This document shows positions 1-10,408 of a stretch of 64,000 nucleotides of DNA, one piece after another. Each line of letters starts with the position of its first letter. The stretch's first letter is position 1. This DNA comes from an uncultured Acidobacteriota bacterium. GTDB lineage: Bacteria; Acidobacteriota; UBA6911; RPQK01; JAPXNP01. The notes under the pieces were generated by a model that saw only the letters and a list, made by a program, of their open reading frames with translations, was not told the DNA's origin and ran no database searches. The position numbers and the translations under genes are program-made. The stretch lies in the NCBI GenBank assembly GCA_963777605.1, contig CAVZRV010000007.1:512001-576000 (forward strand), given 5' to 3'.

Positions 1-678
<678 letters not shown>

Positions 679-686
679 TTACAATC

Positions 687-692
687 ATTATA
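687..692 (-). promoter_or_regulatory. Possible sigma70 -10 box for ftsH
   Basis: Perfect TATAAT on the minus strand 30 nt upstream of the ftsH start; no clear -35. Confidence 0.35.
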
Positions 693-772
693 GGCGATGC
701 TTGCAGGGTTCTCCATCTTATTGAGCGCCGGACTGATATCGAGAACCCCTGATCCGGCTATCTATTAGAAGA

Positions 773-2170
773 TCATTGTTGATAAAAAGTTTCGACTGTT
801 ACCCGGAACCACCCTGCTCCGTCCCTCTCTGCCCCCCCCTCCGCAGGGTACGGAAAACCCTCGATCCAGACGATCCTTCCGTTACATTCGAAAACCAACA
901 GCCGTTCACGCTCGGAGATCGGTACTCGACGCTCCAGAAACAGTTTCTTCAGCTTTTTCAAGGGGGCCCCGGGATGGACCCGGAACCGGTCGCCAGGGCG
1001 CCGAGTGCGCACCCGAACCCTTCTCGAAGGCATCCATATCGTGCCCTCTTTTCCCTCAGCGGACTCGATCCGCACAGACTTGCCCAGTGTCGGGAGAACA
1101 ACATCGCCCGGGGCGTCGAATTCTACGCAAACCGGTTCAACGGTTGTTACCCCCCCCAGTCGCAGCCGGTCGAACTCGCGGACGGCAACATACCCTCCCG
1201 GCAAGCTTACCCTACGGCCGCTCGTACCACTCGCCAAATCGAGGACCGCTTCCACGTGACCTTGCGAAAGATCGGTGAGGTTTCCCTTTACCGCGTCGAT
1301 TGCCAACCGGATTGCGACCTTGCGAAGCGGAGGATCAAGCTCCATCAAGCCGGGAATTGATATCTCACCGGTCCCCGCGGAAAGACTTGCTCCGCTCAGG
1401 AACTTCCGTGCCTCGGACTCCAGGTGGTGTTCGATTTCTCCCATCAGGCGGGCTGTCCTCCCCAGGGTCCGTCGAACCTGTGGATTGAGGCGCTCTTCCA
1501 GGAGCGGCATCAGTTCCCGCCGAACCCAGTTCCGGTCGAACGTCGGATCGAGGTTGCTTCTGTCGGTACGGTACGGGATGCTTCGTTCGTTCAGATAATC
1601 CTCGATCTGACTCCTGGACACGGCCAGGAAAGGACGCAGAACGAGAACCGCCTCCCCGCTCACAGGGTCCGGGTGAAAGCGCCTCTTGGCGATCCCCGAC
1701 AGTCCCCCGGGGCCGGCTCCGCGAATCAGCTTCATTAGGAACGTTTCCGCCTGATCGTCCAGTGTGTGTCCCGTCAAGACAAGACCGCTGTAAATTCGCG
1801 CGGTTCGAGCCAGGAAGTCATAGCGGGCAATACGCGCCCGGTTCTCCAGGTTTCCGGTTTCGTGCCGGCCGTTGAGTTCGAGGTCGACCCGTTCGAACTC
1901 AATCCCCTTGTCGGCACAGAATTGACGCACATGGGCCTCGTCGGCTTCGCTCTCCGCCCCTCTCAACTGGTGGTTGGCGTGAGCCGCCGTTACCTCAACC
2001 TCCAGTTCACCGTGCAGTTCCCAGAGGACGGACAGGAGAGCGAGCGAGTCGGCGCCTCCCGAACACCCTACAACAACCCTGCTTCCCGGTGGAATCAGCC
2101 GGCTCGAAAGCACCGCTTTCTCAATCTCGTGAAGGCTTCCGGACCGCAACTTCATGCTTGCCGCCCTCAC
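773..2170 (-). CDS. tilS: tRNA(Ile)-lysidine synthetase
   Basis: PP-loop SGGADS, HANHQLRG, GHTLDDQAETFLM, RPFL, DRSN..RNWVR; C-terminal GDRF..KKLKKLF domain; true start may be ATG at 2155. Confidence 0.97.
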   Translation of the reverse strand: MRAASMKLRSGSLHEIEKAVLSSRLIPPGSRVVVGCSGGADSLALLSVLWELHGELEVEVTAAHANHQLRGAESEADEAHVRQFCADKGIEFERVDLELNGRHETGNLENRARIARYDFLARTARIYSGLVLTGHTLDDQAETFLMKLIRGAGPGGLSGIAKRRFHPDPVSGEAVLVLRPFLAVSRSQIEDYLNERSIPYRTDRSNLDPTFDRNWVRRELMPLLEERLNPQVRRTLGRTARLMGEIEHHLESEARKFLSGASLSAGTGEISIPGLMELDPPLRKVAIRLAIDAVKGNLTDLSQGHVEAVLDLASGTSGRRVSLPGGYVAVREFDRLRLGGVTTVEPVCVEFDAPGDVVLPTLGKSVRIESAEGKEGTIWMPSRRVRVRTRRPGDRFRVHPGAPLKKLKKLFLERRVPISERERLLVFECNGRIVWIEGFPYPAEGGAERDGAGWFRVTVETFYQQ

Positions 2171-2316
2171 TATACAGCGAATCGAATGAATCCGGTTACG
2201 CCATCCGGATGGAGCCGCTCTTTGCGGCTTTCACCGCACGGATTGACACTCTGCAGGCCCGGAATGCGGATTGTCATGCCGGCCCCGAAATCCTCACCCG
2301 GCCGGCACTCCCTGAA

Positions 2317-2337
2317 GGAGCCCGCAAGGCGGGCTCC
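2317..2337. terminator. GC-rich hairpin between tilS and tRNA-Met (terminator-like)
   Basis: GGAGCCCGC-AAG-GCGGGCTCC, perfect 9-bp stem followed by CTTTC. Confidence 0.35.
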
Positions 2338-2386
2338 CTTTCATCGACAAGCATAAACAAATAGGCTAAGATGTTCGTTTTCATGG

Positions 2387-2460
2387 GGCGGAGTAGCTCA
2401 GTTGGTCAGAGCAGGCGGCTCATATCCGCCGAGTCGGGGGTTCAAGTCCCTCCTCCGCCA
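2387..2460 (+). tRNA. tRNA with CAT anticodon, most likely elongator tRNA-Met
   Basis: GGCGGAG/CTCCGCC acceptor stem, D-arm TAGCTCAGTTGGTCAGAGC, anticodon arm GGCGG-CTCATAT-CCGCC, T-loop TTCAAGT; G1:C72 paired so not initiator; CCA not encoded. Confidence 0.95.
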
Positions 2461-2497
2461 TTAGCCTCTTTTTTCACTCCATCGTTCAAGGTGAATC

Positions 2498-3793
2498 ATG
2501 TCCATCAGCAAGAGTGAGTCGCTATTCGATCGCGCCCAGAAGTCGATCCCCGGGGGAGTCAACAGTCCGGTTCGGGCTTTCAGAGCAGTCGGAGGTACGC
2601 CGCGCTTTATTGCTTCCGCTGAGGGCTGCTTTGTTACGGACGTGGACGGCAACCGCTACATCGACTACGTAGGGTCTTGGGGGCCCATGATTCTCGGTCA
2701 CGCCCATCCGGAAGTGGTGGAAGCAGTTCAACAGGCGGCCACCCGCGGAACGAGTTTCGGGGCACCGACCGAACTTGAGATCGAACTGGCGGAGCGCATT
2801 TGTGCCATGGTCCCCTCGGTGGAGAAGGTCCGCCTGGTGAATTCAGGGACCGAGGCCACCATGAGTGCCCTCCGGCTCGCCCGCGGCGTTACCCGGCGGC
2901 CACTGGTGATCAAGTTCGACGGCTGCTACCACGGCCACGCCGACAGCTTCCTGGTCAAGGCAGGTTCGGGGGTTGCCACCTTCGGCATTCCCGGAACTCC
3001 AGGCGTCCCTGATTCGTTCGCCGAACAGACCATCAGCCTGCCCTACAACGACCTCGAACTTGTGGAGAAGACTTTTCGAGATCATGCTGACCGAATTGCG
3101 GCGGTCATCTGCGAGCCGGTCTCCGGAAATATGGGCGTCATCGTCCCTCCGCGAGAGTACTTGCAGGGACTGATCGACCTTTGCGAACAGCACGGAGCCC
3201 TGGCTATCTTCGACGAAGTCATGACGGGTTTCCGCCTGGCCGCCGGAGGCGCCCAGGAACGGTTCGGTCTGCTGCCGCACCTCACCTGCCTTGGCAAAAT
3301 CGTCGGAGGGGGGCTCCCCATGGGAGCGTTCGGCGGTCGAGCTGACCTGATGGGCCAAATCGCCCCGGAGGGCCCCGTCTACCAGGCAGGTACCCTCTCC
3401 GGAAATCCGATCGCCGTAAGCGCCGGGATTACGACCCTGAATCTGCTGGCGACGAATCCTCCTTACGAACTGTTGGAGGAACGGACGCGCCAACTATGCG
3501 AAGGAATCGAGGCGGCAGCACGGTCGGCAGGAATCCCGGTCCAGATCCACCGCTGTGGCTCGATGTTCACGGTTTTCTTCAACGAGCGGGAAATCCACGA
3601 TTTTGCGGGCGTTCAGACTTCAGATACGAAGCGATTCGGCAAGTTCTTCAACTGCCTCCTGGAGAACGGCGTCTACCTGGCGCCGTCCCAGTACGAGGCG
3701 TGCTTCGTCTCCACAGCCCACACCCCCGAAATCGTCGAGGAAACCATCGAGAAGGTCGCGCGCGCGCTCCAAGTCGCAGCCAAAACCAACTGA
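2498..3793 (+). CDS. hemL: Glutamate-1-semialdehyde 2,1-aminomutase
   Basis: IPGGVNSPVRAF, DYVGSWGPMILGH, NSGTEATMSA, FDEVMTGFR, LGKIVGGGLP, YQAGTLSGNP. Confidence 0.98.
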   Translation: MSISKSESLFDRAQKSIPGGVNSPVRAFRAVGGTPRFIASAEGCFVTDVDGNRYIDYVGSWGPMILGHAHPEVVEAVQQAATRGTSFGAPTELEIELAERICAMVPSVEKVRLVNSGTEATMSALRLARGVTRRPLVIKFDGCYHGHADSFLVKAGSGVATFGIPGTPGVPDSFAEQTISLPYNDLELVEKTFRDHADRIAAVICEPVSGNMGVIVPPREYLQGLIDLCEQHGALAIFDEVMTGFRLAAGGAQERFGLLPHLTCLGKIVGGGLPMGAFGGRADLMGQIAPEGPVYQAGTLSGNPIAVSAGITTLNLLATNPPYELLEERTRQLCEGIEAAARSAGIPVQIHRCGSMFTVFFNEREIHDFAGVQTSDTKRFGKFFNCLLENGVYLAPSQYEACFVSTAHTPEIVEETIEKVARALQVAAKTN

Positions 3794-3899
3794 AGCGAAC
3801 ACGGCAATCCCACGTTCGCCGAATAGTACACCGAATTGATTCGAGAACGATCCCAACCCGCCACCAAATCACAAATCGAAAAACAAAGATCGCAAATGT

Positions 3900-4430
3900 T
3901 TATTCGGCAGCCACTTCGGTCGGGGTCGGGACCGAGGTGCGTTGATAGGTCTGATCCAGAATGGCCAGTACTTCCTTTTCTGCGTCATCGAAGTCCTGTC
4001 CCTTTACGGTGGCAATTTCCGCGATGATCAGGTTCCGGGCCCGATCGAACATGCGCTTCTCGCGAAAGGACAAGCTCTTGCGAAAGCTCAGGAAATAGAG
4101 ATTGCGCAACACCTTGGCGACCTCGCAAATCTCCCCCGAGTTCATTTTCTCAAGGTTCAACTTGTAGCGGGTTTTCCAATCCGGATCGGGTTCCTTGAAG
4201 TCACTCTCGAGAATTTCAAAGAGTTGACCTACAGTCCCCTTGTCGCTCAGCGTCCGCATCCCGACGTTGTCGGCATTGGAAACTGGGACCATTACCGTCG
4301 AATCATTGGCCGCAAGGCGCACCATGTAGAACTCTTCCGATTGCCCGGCGATTTTTTTGGTGGCTACGGACTCGATTACGCCTACACCCTGGTTGGGATA
4401 AATAATTTTGTCCCCGACTTTGAATGACAT
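3900..4430 (-). CDS. carD: CarD family RNA polymerase-binding transcriptional regulator
   Basis: FKVGDKIIYPNQGVGVI, MVPV, WKTRY, GEICEVAKVLRNL, LSFREKRMFDRA. Confidence 0.93.
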   Translation of the reverse strand: MSFKVGDKIIYPNQGVGVIESVATKKIAGQSEEFYMVRLAANDSTVMVPVSNADNVGMRTLSDKGTVGQLFEILESDFKEPDPDWKTRYKLNLEKMNSGEICEVAKVLRNLYFLSFRKSLSFREKRMFDRARNLIIAEIATVKGQDFDDAEKEVLAILDQTYQRTSVPTPTEVAAE

Positions 4431-4469
4431 GAATCCTCCCGGTCGTGAAAACGAGAAACCGGAGTTCCC

Positions 4470-4498
4470 ATGGTAAGGGCAGGCCCGAAATTTGTCAA
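4470..4498 (-). promoter_or_regulatory. sigma70-type promoter of carD
   Basis: Minus strand TTGACA (4498-4493), 17-nt spacer, TACCAT (4475-4470). Confidence 0.7.
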
Positions 4499-4650
4499 AA
4501 GATCACATTTCCACGAAACGCAGAGTTCCGGACCGAACTTGCCCCGGCCTGCGATCTCACCTGATGAACGCCAGTTGTTGATATGATGGTTTGAAGGTTG
4601 CGAACTGGACCGCTTTATTCCACGGGGATGAATGTGGTCACCAGGATCAA

Positions 4651-6948
4651 ATGGAGACTCTGTTCACTTACTTATTCAAGTATCGCCCGTTCGTCTTCGG
4701 GGAGGGAAAACTTGGCTTTGCACCCCCGGCGAACCCCTGGATTCTCCTCACGGGTTTGGTGCTCGTAGCTGCCCTGCTCGCCTGGCTTTCCGTGCGACTG
4801 CTCACCCGATACCGGCAGGGGTGGATTTTGTTTGCGATTCGACTTTCCGTTTGCCTGTTACTCCTCCTCCTGCTGATGCGGCCGACCCTTACGCTGTCCC
4901 GGATGACTCCTCAAACCGGGATTCTGGCATTCCTGATCGACAATTCCCGCAGCATGGGCCTGGGAACGGAAGGTTCCCCCCGTTCGGAGGGAGTTTCGGT
5001 GCTGGCCGACCCGAACGGCAGTCTCGCGTCGAACCTCAGCAAAGACTTCCAGCTGAGGTGGTTGCGTTTCGATCGGGCCACTCAGCGCCTCGAGAACCCC
5101 GAGGAACTGAACTGGTCGGGCGACCAAACCAACCTGTCGGGGGCCTTGCGGGAACTGCTCAACGAAACCCGCAACCTGCCTCTCGCAGGGGTAGTCCTGG
5201 TGAGTGACGGCGCCGACAACAGCTTCCGCGACCTCCAGTCGGTCGTCGGCGAGTACTCGGCACGCAAGATTCCAATCAACACCGTTGGAATCGGCCCGAC
5301 AAAGCTGCGGCGGGACCTGGAACTGGCGGACGTCAGCCTGCCCAAACGAACCCTGCCCGGATCGGTCGTCCTCGGCCGGGCAACCATTCGGCACCCCGGA
5401 TTCGAAGGTTCTGAAGTGCAACTTTCGGTCAGGGACGGTTCCACCCTGCTCGACTCGAGAACCGTCACACTCTCCCGGGAATCCCAAGTGACGACCGTTG
5501 AGTTCCGGGTGTCCCCACGATTTGAAGGAGTGAAGCTCCTCGACGTCTCGGTGGACCGGCTGCCCGGGGAGGAAGTCGAAGAGAACAATTCCCGCCGTGT
5601 TCTGCTCGAAGTCCGGTCATCGAACACCAGGGTCCTCCTCGTCGAGGGTCGTCCACGTTGGGAGTACAAGTTTCTCCGGCAGGCCCTTTCGGGAGACAAG
5701 TCGATCCGCCTCGAGTCTCTGCTTCGGACCGCCATCAACAAGTTTTACCGGCAAGGTATCGAAGAGGAATCGACTCTCGCATCAGGTTTCCCAAGTTCCC
5801 GCAGCAAGCTGTTTCAGTACAAGGGGCTCGTCATCGGGGACGTCGAGTCGGCGTTTTTCACATACCCGCAGATGGAGACCATCCGCGACTTTGTGAGCCT
5901 CCGGGGCGGTGGCCTGCTCATGCTTGGAGGCGGTTCAACTCTCTCAGCGGGTGGCTATCAAAACACTCCCGTCGAGGAGGTGCTGCCGGTCTGGCTTGAA
6001 AAGGAAGGCAACCGGCGGAGTGGCGAGATCGACTACCTGCGGGCCGATTCCACGGTTGAACTGACCGCCTTCGGGCGCAATCATCCCGCCCTCCAGATCG
6101 CCCCTTCTGAACAGGAAAGTACGGCTCTCTGGAAGGACATGCCCCCACTGATCGACCGCAACCTGGTTTCGGGACTGAAGCCGGGCGCAACGCTGCTGAT
6201 GCAGGCCGCTTCACCGGACAACGACGTGAAGTCCCCACTGTTGGTCTCCCACCGATACGGCAGGGGGCTTGGCCTGGCATTTCTCAGCGGAAGCAGTTGG
6301 CGCTGGCAGATGCTTCGAGATCACGAAGACCAGAGCCACGAGACCTTCTGGCAGCAGGTCCTCCGGTGGCTCGTCAGTTCGGCCAGGGACCCGGTTTCGG
6401 TCGAGGTCGAGCGCCAGGTCTACTCTCAGAACGAACCAGTGAAAATCCGGGCCGAGATCAATGATGACTCGTTCAACCGCCTCAACGATGCCCGGGTTGA
6501 AGTCAAAATCACTCCTCCGGCAGGCGAGCCACGCGTGGTGCCGCTGGAATGGAGCCCTTCCGAGAACGGAGTTTACGAGGCAACCATCACCCCTTCTGAA
6601 AACGGGCTCTTCCGGCTCGATGCCACTGCCTGGCAAGCTCGGAAAGGCGCTGCTGAGCCGGTCGAACTCGGGACGGACTCGGTCTATTTCGAGTGCGAGT
6701 CGGGATGGCGCGAGTATTTCGACAGCACTCAAAAGGAAGACTTTCTGCGCGGTATTTCCAGTTCGACTGGAGGCCGCTACTACACGCTGGCCGACATCGA
6801 CCGCCTGCCCGACGAAGTGGTTTACACCGGCGGAGAAACCACCTCTGTCGAAGTGTTGGACCTGTGGAACATGCCGGTAAATTTCCTCCTTCTTCTCGGT
6901 CTTCTTTCGACAGAGTGGATGATTCGACGGCGGCGGGGATGGATCTAG
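4651..6948 (+). CDS. Membrane-anchored VWA + Ig-like + glutamine amidotransferase-like domain protein
   Basis: Two N-terminal TMs, MIDAS DNSRS and VLVSDG, VLLVEGRPRWEYKFLR, GGGLLMLGG, YGRG..SWRW, C-terminal TM ending EWMIRRRRG; ATG at 4651 preferred. Confidence 0.85.
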   Translation: METLFTYLFKYRPFVFGEGKLGFAPPANPWILLTGLVLVAALLAWLSVRLLTRYRQGWILFAIRLSVCLLLLLLLMRPTLTLSRMTPQTGILAFLIDNSRSMGLGTEGSPRSEGVSVLADPNGSLASNLSKDFQLRWLRFDRATQRLENPEELNWSGDQTNLSGALRELLNETRNLPLAGVVLVSDGADNSFRDLQSVVGEYSARKIPINTVGIGPTKLRRDLELADVSLPKRTLPGSVVLGRATIRHPGFEGSEVQLSVRDGSTLLDSRTVTLSRESQVTTVEFRVSPRFEGVKLLDVSVDRLPGEEVEENNSRRVLLEVRSSNTRVLLVEGRPRWEYKFLRQALSGDKSIRLESLLRTAINKFYRQGIEEESTLASGFPSSRSKLFQYKGLVIGDVESAFFTYPQMETIRDFVSLRGGGLLMLGGGSTLSAGGYQNTPVEEVLPVWLEKEGNRRSGEIDYLRADSTVELTAFGRNHPALQIAPSEQESTALWKDMPPLIDRNLVSGLKPGATLLMQAASPDNDVKSPLLVSHRYGRGLGLAFLSGSSWRWQMLRDHEDQSHETFWQQVLRWLVSSARDPVSVEVERQVYSQNEPVKIRAEINDDSFNRLNDARVEVKITPPAGEPRVVPLEWSPSENGVYEATITPSENGLFRLDATAWQARKGAAEPVELGTDSVYFECESGWREYFDSTQKEDFLRGISSSTGGRYYTLADIDRLPDEVVYTGGETTSVEVLDLWNMPVNFLLLLGLLSTEWMIRRRRGWI

Positions 6949-6953
6949 GACTC

Positions 6954-7958
6954 ATGAGAATTTGCCAGGCGGACAATGCACCGGATCAAGCCACCACCCA
7001 AAGCACGGGGAGGCCCCGAACCGTCTCCCGGTGCCTGGCATACCTGGCCCTGCTGTTCGGGACGCTGACCCTGGGCCTGGCGAACCCGCTCCAGGCATCT
7101 GGCTACGACGAGTCCCAGGCTGCCTGTCTCATCGTCACGGGACTGGGCGGGGTTCCGGAATACGAAGAGAACTTCCGGTCCTGGGGCGACGCAACCGAAG
7201 CCATTTGCCGGAAGCAGATTTCTCCCGGAACGGTCCTTCTCGACGGAAGCAAGGTCGGGCGGGATCAGGTACTCAGGGAACTCGGAGCGTTGCGGTCCCA
7301 GTCCGAAGACAGTTCGATCTGGCTGTTTCTCATCGGGCATGCCAGCTACGACGGACGGCAGTACAAGTTCAACATCAAGGGCCCCGATCTGACCGGAGAT
7401 GACCTGAAGGGAGCGCTTGATTCCTTTGGGAATCGACGCACGTTCGTGATTCTGGCGACCAGCAGCAGCGGCGTGCTGGATGAGAAACTGGCCGGAGAGA
7501 ATCGCGTCATTGTGACCGCCACGCAAAGTGCTCGTGAACGCCATGCTCCTCTTTTCATGTCGTTTTTCGTCGAGGCGGCCCACTCCGCCGAGGCCGACCG
7601 CAACAAGGACGGTCGTGTTTCGATCAGCGAAGCCTTCGCCTTCAGCGACGCGGCTGTCAAGGAGTGGTATGAGAGCAAAGGCAGGCTCCAGACCGAGCAC
7701 CCCATCCTCGATGACGGGGCCGACGGTAAAGGACTCGCTTCCGTGGCTTATCTTTCGAGCCCTCCCGAGCAGGCGTACCGGACCCTCGAGGCCCAGCAAC
7801 TGGCGCCCGACCGAATCCGGCTCGAGCGGGAAATCGAAGATCTGAAACTGCGGAAAACCGAACTGCCGTCAGCCGACTACTACAAGGAACTGGAACGGTT
7901 GCTCCTTGAACTGGCAGAGGTCAATGACCGGATCCGAAAGCTGGAGGGCGGACAGTGA
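6954..7958 (+). CDS. Exported caspase/peptidase C13-like fold protein with EF-hand-like motif and C-terminal coiled coil
   Basis: Signal/TM region, LIVTGLGG, LFLIGHAS, VILATSSSG, RVIVTAT, DRNKDGRVSISEAF, TEHPILDD; start uncertain. Confidence 0.65.
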   Translation: MRICQADNAPDQATTQSTGRPRTVSRCLAYLALLFGTLTLGLANPLQASGYDESQAACLIVTGLGGVPEYEENFRSWGDATEAICRKQISPGTVLLDGSKVGRDQVLRELGALRSQSEDSSIWLFLIGHASYDGRQYKFNIKGPDLTGDDLKGALDSFGNRRTFVILATSSSGVLDEKLAGENRVIVTATQSARERHAPLFMSFFVEAAHSAEADRNKDGRVSISEAFAFSDAAVKEWYESKGRLQTEHPILDDGADGKGLASVAYLSSPPEQAYRTLEAQQLAPDRIRLEREIEDLKLRKTELPSADYYKELERLLLELAEVNDRIRKLEGGQ

Positions 7959-10408
7959 TGCGTAACCGGGCCAGACATGTAGTGATCGCCCTTGCCCTTC
8001 TCCTGGCCGGTGTCGTTCCGGCTTTCGGACAGGCATCGGGGATTGACGTTCTCCACCTGATGAAGACCGGGAAATGGAAGCAGGCCGAGGAGAGCCTGGG
8101 AATCCGGTCCAGCCGCCAGGCGGGAGAACGCCAGCCGCCACTCCAAGCCGGAGACATCCTGGCCCGGCGGCTGGGGATCGAGTTGCTGGAACGAAGAGGC
8201 AATCTTGAGGACGCTCGCGCAGTTGCCGAAGGCCTCCTGCAGCGCTATCGTGCAGGGGCGATCCAGGATCCTGCTCTCATGGGGCATGCCGCCTTCGCGG
8301 CCTGGCACCTTCAGAAGTGGGAGGAAGCGAACAAGATCTTCCTGCGGGCTTCCGAACTACCCGGCGCTGGTCAATCTCTCTACGTTGACTGGGGCAATCT
8401 CTACCTGGAGAAATTCAACCCTTCGGAAGCCCAGTCGATTTTCGAGGACGGCCTCAAGGTGGATCCGGCGGAGGAGCCTGGTCGCCGGTGGAACGTCTCC
8501 GATCTCTACCTTGGTCTGGCCCAGGCCCTCAAGGAACAGTCCGCGCCAGGTTCCGCCGAAGCTCTGTCGAAGGCGGAAGAGGCTGACCCGAAGAATCCCG
8601 AAATAGCCGTCTACAAGGCATACCTGGCACTCCAGGACGAGGATGCCGAAAAGGCCGGGGGAATCATAGAAGACGGTCTCTCGGCGGTGCCGGACCACCT
8701 CGGGCTGATGGAGATTTCGGCTGCGGCAGCCTACTTTTCAGAAGAAACCCGCATCTTCCAGAAAAAGCTGGAGGAGTTGGAGAAGATTAACCCACGTGAC
8801 GGCAAACTGTTCGAACTGCTTGGAGACCTCTGTGTCCTTCGGCGCAGACTGGACGACTCCGTGGCCAACTACTCCCGGGCTCTCGAACTCGAGCCCGACC
8901 GCTGGACGGCCCTGGCCTCGCGGGGGATCAACCGCCTCCGGATGGGCGAGGAGGAGTCCGGCGTCGCCGATCTGGAGCGCGCCTACGAAAACGACCCCTA
9001 CAACATCTGGACCGTCAACACGTTGCGTCTGGTCGACAGTTTCGCCAACTTCCGCCGCCTCGAGACCGACCACTTTTCGCTCAAGCTCAACGAAAAGGAA
9101 GCCGACGTTCTCGAACCGTACGTCGAGGACCTCTTGGAACGCAGCCTGTCCGCGCTCGAAACGCGCTTTGGGCACCAGGTCGATCACCGGGTGGTGTTCG
9201 AAATGTATCCGGACCACGAGGATTTCGCCGTCCGGACCCTGGGTCTTCCCGGCCTCGGTGCCTTGGGAGCCACCTTCGGCAGGGTCGTGGCGATGGACTC
9301 GCCGACCGCCCGTCCTAAAGGGGAGTTCCACTGGGGATCGACCCTCTGGCACGAAATGGCCCACGTTGTCACCCTGTCCCTGAGCCGGGATCGAGTTCCG
9401 CGATGGTTCACGGAAGGGCTCTCCATGATGGAGGAGCGACGGGGCGGACCCGGTTGGGGTGATCCCGTTTCGGTGCACTTCGTGCGGGCCTGGGAAGCAG
9501 GCAAACTACTCCCCATCGCCGATCTCAATCAGGGTTTCGTCCATCCGGACGGCCCCGAACAGATTACCAACAGCTACTTCCAGGCCGGCTGGATCTGTGA
9601 ACTGATGGAACACGACTTTGGGATGGACAAGATCCGTGCCATGCTCGAGGCCTACGGAACCGGGAAGACGGATGACGAGGTATTCAAGGAAGTTCTCGGC
9701 ATCACGACAGGAGAGATGGATCGGCGCTTCAATGAAGAACTGCAAACCCGCCTGGCTCCGCTCGCAGAAACGTTGAAGACCGAGAAGGTCCAGGACCAGA
9801 GCGAGGAAGGATTCCGGCAAGCCCTGGCACAGAACCCGGACAATTTCTTTTTGAATCTGGCGCTCGGATCCACGCTGGTCGACGAAGGCAAGCCCGGCGA
9901 GGGGGTCGAGTTTCTGGAGAAGGCCCGCACGGCTTTCCCCGACGCCGTCGAGGCAGGCGGACCCTACGATCTCCTCTCCAGGGCCTATTTGAAACTGGGT
10001 GACACGGCATCGGCCAGGCGCGTCCTGACCGAGTGGTGGAATCGCCATCCGGTCCTTGCCGATACGGCGCTCCAACTGGTCAAGCTGCTGCTGGCAAATC
10101 ACCAGGACGATGAGGCCCGCGAAGTGCTCGAGCAGGCCATGTACGCGGATCCCTTTACCGCCGAACTCCACGATGAACTCGGCAAGTTGTATTACGAGGA
10201 GGGCGCATATGCGAAGGCCGTCCGTGAATACAAGACGCTCTTGGCCCTGAACCCTCCCGACGAGGCCGGTGCCCGCTACCAACTCGCCCGCGCCTTCTAC
10301 GGTTCCGGATCGAGGGAACAGGCCCGGCTCCAGGTGTTGCTGGCCCTTGAGATCGCGCCGACTTTCGAGGACGCACAGAAACTGCTACTGGAGATTGCAC
10401 GAAAATGA
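7955..10408 (+). CDS. Exported TPR-repeat protein with central peptidase MA (gluzincin-like) domain
   Basis: Signal peptide, many TPRs, ETDHF, TLWHEMAHV and PRWFTEGLS zinc motifs. Confidence 0.85.
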   Translation: MMRNRARHVVIALALLLAGVVPAFGQASGIDVLHLMKTGKWKQAEESLGIRSSRQAGERQPPLQAGDILARRLGIELLERRGNLEDARAVAEGLLQRYRAGAIQDPALMGHAAFAAWHLQKWEEANKIFLRASELPGAGQSLYVDWGNLYLEKFNPSEAQSIFEDGLKVDPAEEPGRRWNVSDLYLGLAQALKEQSAPGSAEALSKAEEADPKNPEIAVYKAYLALQDEDAEKAGGIIEDGLSAVPDHLGLMEISAAAAYFSEETRIFQKKLEELEKINPRDGKLFELLGDLCVLRRRLDDSVANYSRALELEPDRWTALASRGINRLRMGEEESGVADLERAYENDPYNIWTVNTLRLVDSFANFRRLETDHFSLKLNEKEADVLEPYVEDLLERSLSALETRFGHQVDHRVVFEMYPDHEDFAVRTLGLPGLGALGATFGRVVAMDSPTARPKGEFHWGSTLWHEMAHVVTLSLSRDRVPRWFTEGLSMMEERRGGPGWGDPVSVHFVRAWEAGKLLPIADLNQGFVHPDGPEQITNSYFQAGWICELMEHDFGMDKIRAMLEAYGTGKTDDEVFKEVLGITTGEMDRRFNEELQTRLAPLAETLKTEKVQDQSEEGFRQALAQNPDNFFLNLALGSTLVDEGKPGEGVEFLEKARTAFPDAVEAGGPYDLLSRAYLKLGDTASARRVLTEWWNRHPVLADTALQLVKLLLANHQDDEAREVLEQAMYADPFTAELHDELGKLYYEEGAYAKAVREYKTLLALNPPDEAGARYQLARAFYGSGSREQARLQVLLALEIAPTFEDAQKLLLEIARK

